This document shows positions 55,656 to 64,000 of a stretch of DNA of 64,000 bases, piece by piece. Position numbers and translations under genes: made by a program. Source of the stretch: Macrostomum lignano (lineage: Eukaryota); contig NIVC01000268.1 of the NCBI GenBank assembly GCA_002269645.1, positions 671,090 through 735,089 of the forward strand, given 5' to 3'. Numbering within the stretch: position 1 is the first letter of the stretch; every line of letters begins with the position of its first letter. The notes under the pieces are model-generated. The model was not told where the DNA came from and made no database searches. It saw only the letters and a list, made by a program, of their open reading frames with translations.

Positions 55656-55809
55656 GAAAATTTAAACTCAGGAATGGCAAACAAAAGAAAATAGATTTCA
55701 GTCTATTTCGCAAAAGTCATGATTAATGATATCAGCGAAAACCTGAAGCCTAAAACTAAACACGAATATTTGAGAATCAGGGAGCCAATCAACTGTAGCG
55801 GCCAGCAGA

Positions 55810-63564
<7,755 letters not shown>

Positions 63565-63589
63565 CTAGATTAGACTGAGGTGGACTCCC

Positions 63590-64000
63590 TAGATACTGAG
63601 GTAGATTCCTTAGATATTAAGGTAGATTTCTAGATATTAAGGTCGATTTCTCAGATATTAAGGTCGATTTCTCAGATATTAGTATTTCTCAAATATGAAG
63701 GTAGATTCCTCAGATATGAAGGTCGATTCCTCAGATATGAAGGTCGATTCTCAGATATGAAGGTCGATTCCTCAGATATGAAGGTCGATTCCTCAGATAT
63801 GAAGGTAGATTCCTCAGATATGAAGGTAGATTCCTCAGATATTAAGAGACTCCTCGATACTAAGGTAGATCCTCAGATAAAGGTCGATTCCTCAGATATG
63901 AAGGTCGATTCCTCAGATATTAAAGTTGATTCTCAGATATGAAGGTCGATTCCTCAGATATTAAGTTGATTTCTCAGATATGAAGGTAGATTCCTCAGAT
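63590..64000. repeat. 21-bp minisatellite (GATTCCTCAGATATGAAGGTC) in a MAPKAPK2 intron
   Basis: Visible; runs off the window. Confidence 0.95.

Overview
Eukaryotic (metazoan) genomic DNA, not prokaryotic. GC-rich exons, GT-AG introns packed with minisatellites and many transposon remnants suggest a free-living flatworm such as Macrostomum; that assignment is inference only. Five host genes lie on the minus strand: an EGR-family zinc-finger gene with a c-fos-type CArG box upstream, a 5-exon secreted/GPI-type protein with three 8-Cys Ly6/uPAR-like domains, CCDC12/Cwf18, eIF3m, and the 3' exons of MAPKAPK2. Mobile DNA includes a near-intact LOA-clade-like LINE (ORF1; APE-RT-RNaseH ORF2) in a MAPKAPK2 intron, flanked by a 132-bp direct repeat. 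Also present are several decayed copies of that LINE, a Gypsy LTR-gag-protease, an I/ingi-like LINE end, a tRNA-headed SINE, two hAT-in-hAT nests with 8-bp TSDs, a foldback element and a probable Helitron 3' end. Most long ORFs in the supplied track that fall in tandem repeats are artefacts. Best leads: the 132-bp TSD, minisatellites built from CTAACAG|GT splice-site units, the 3xLU protein, a possible eIF3m-CCDC12 trans-spliced operon, and recurrent 1-nt homopolymer losses that probably reflect assembly error.
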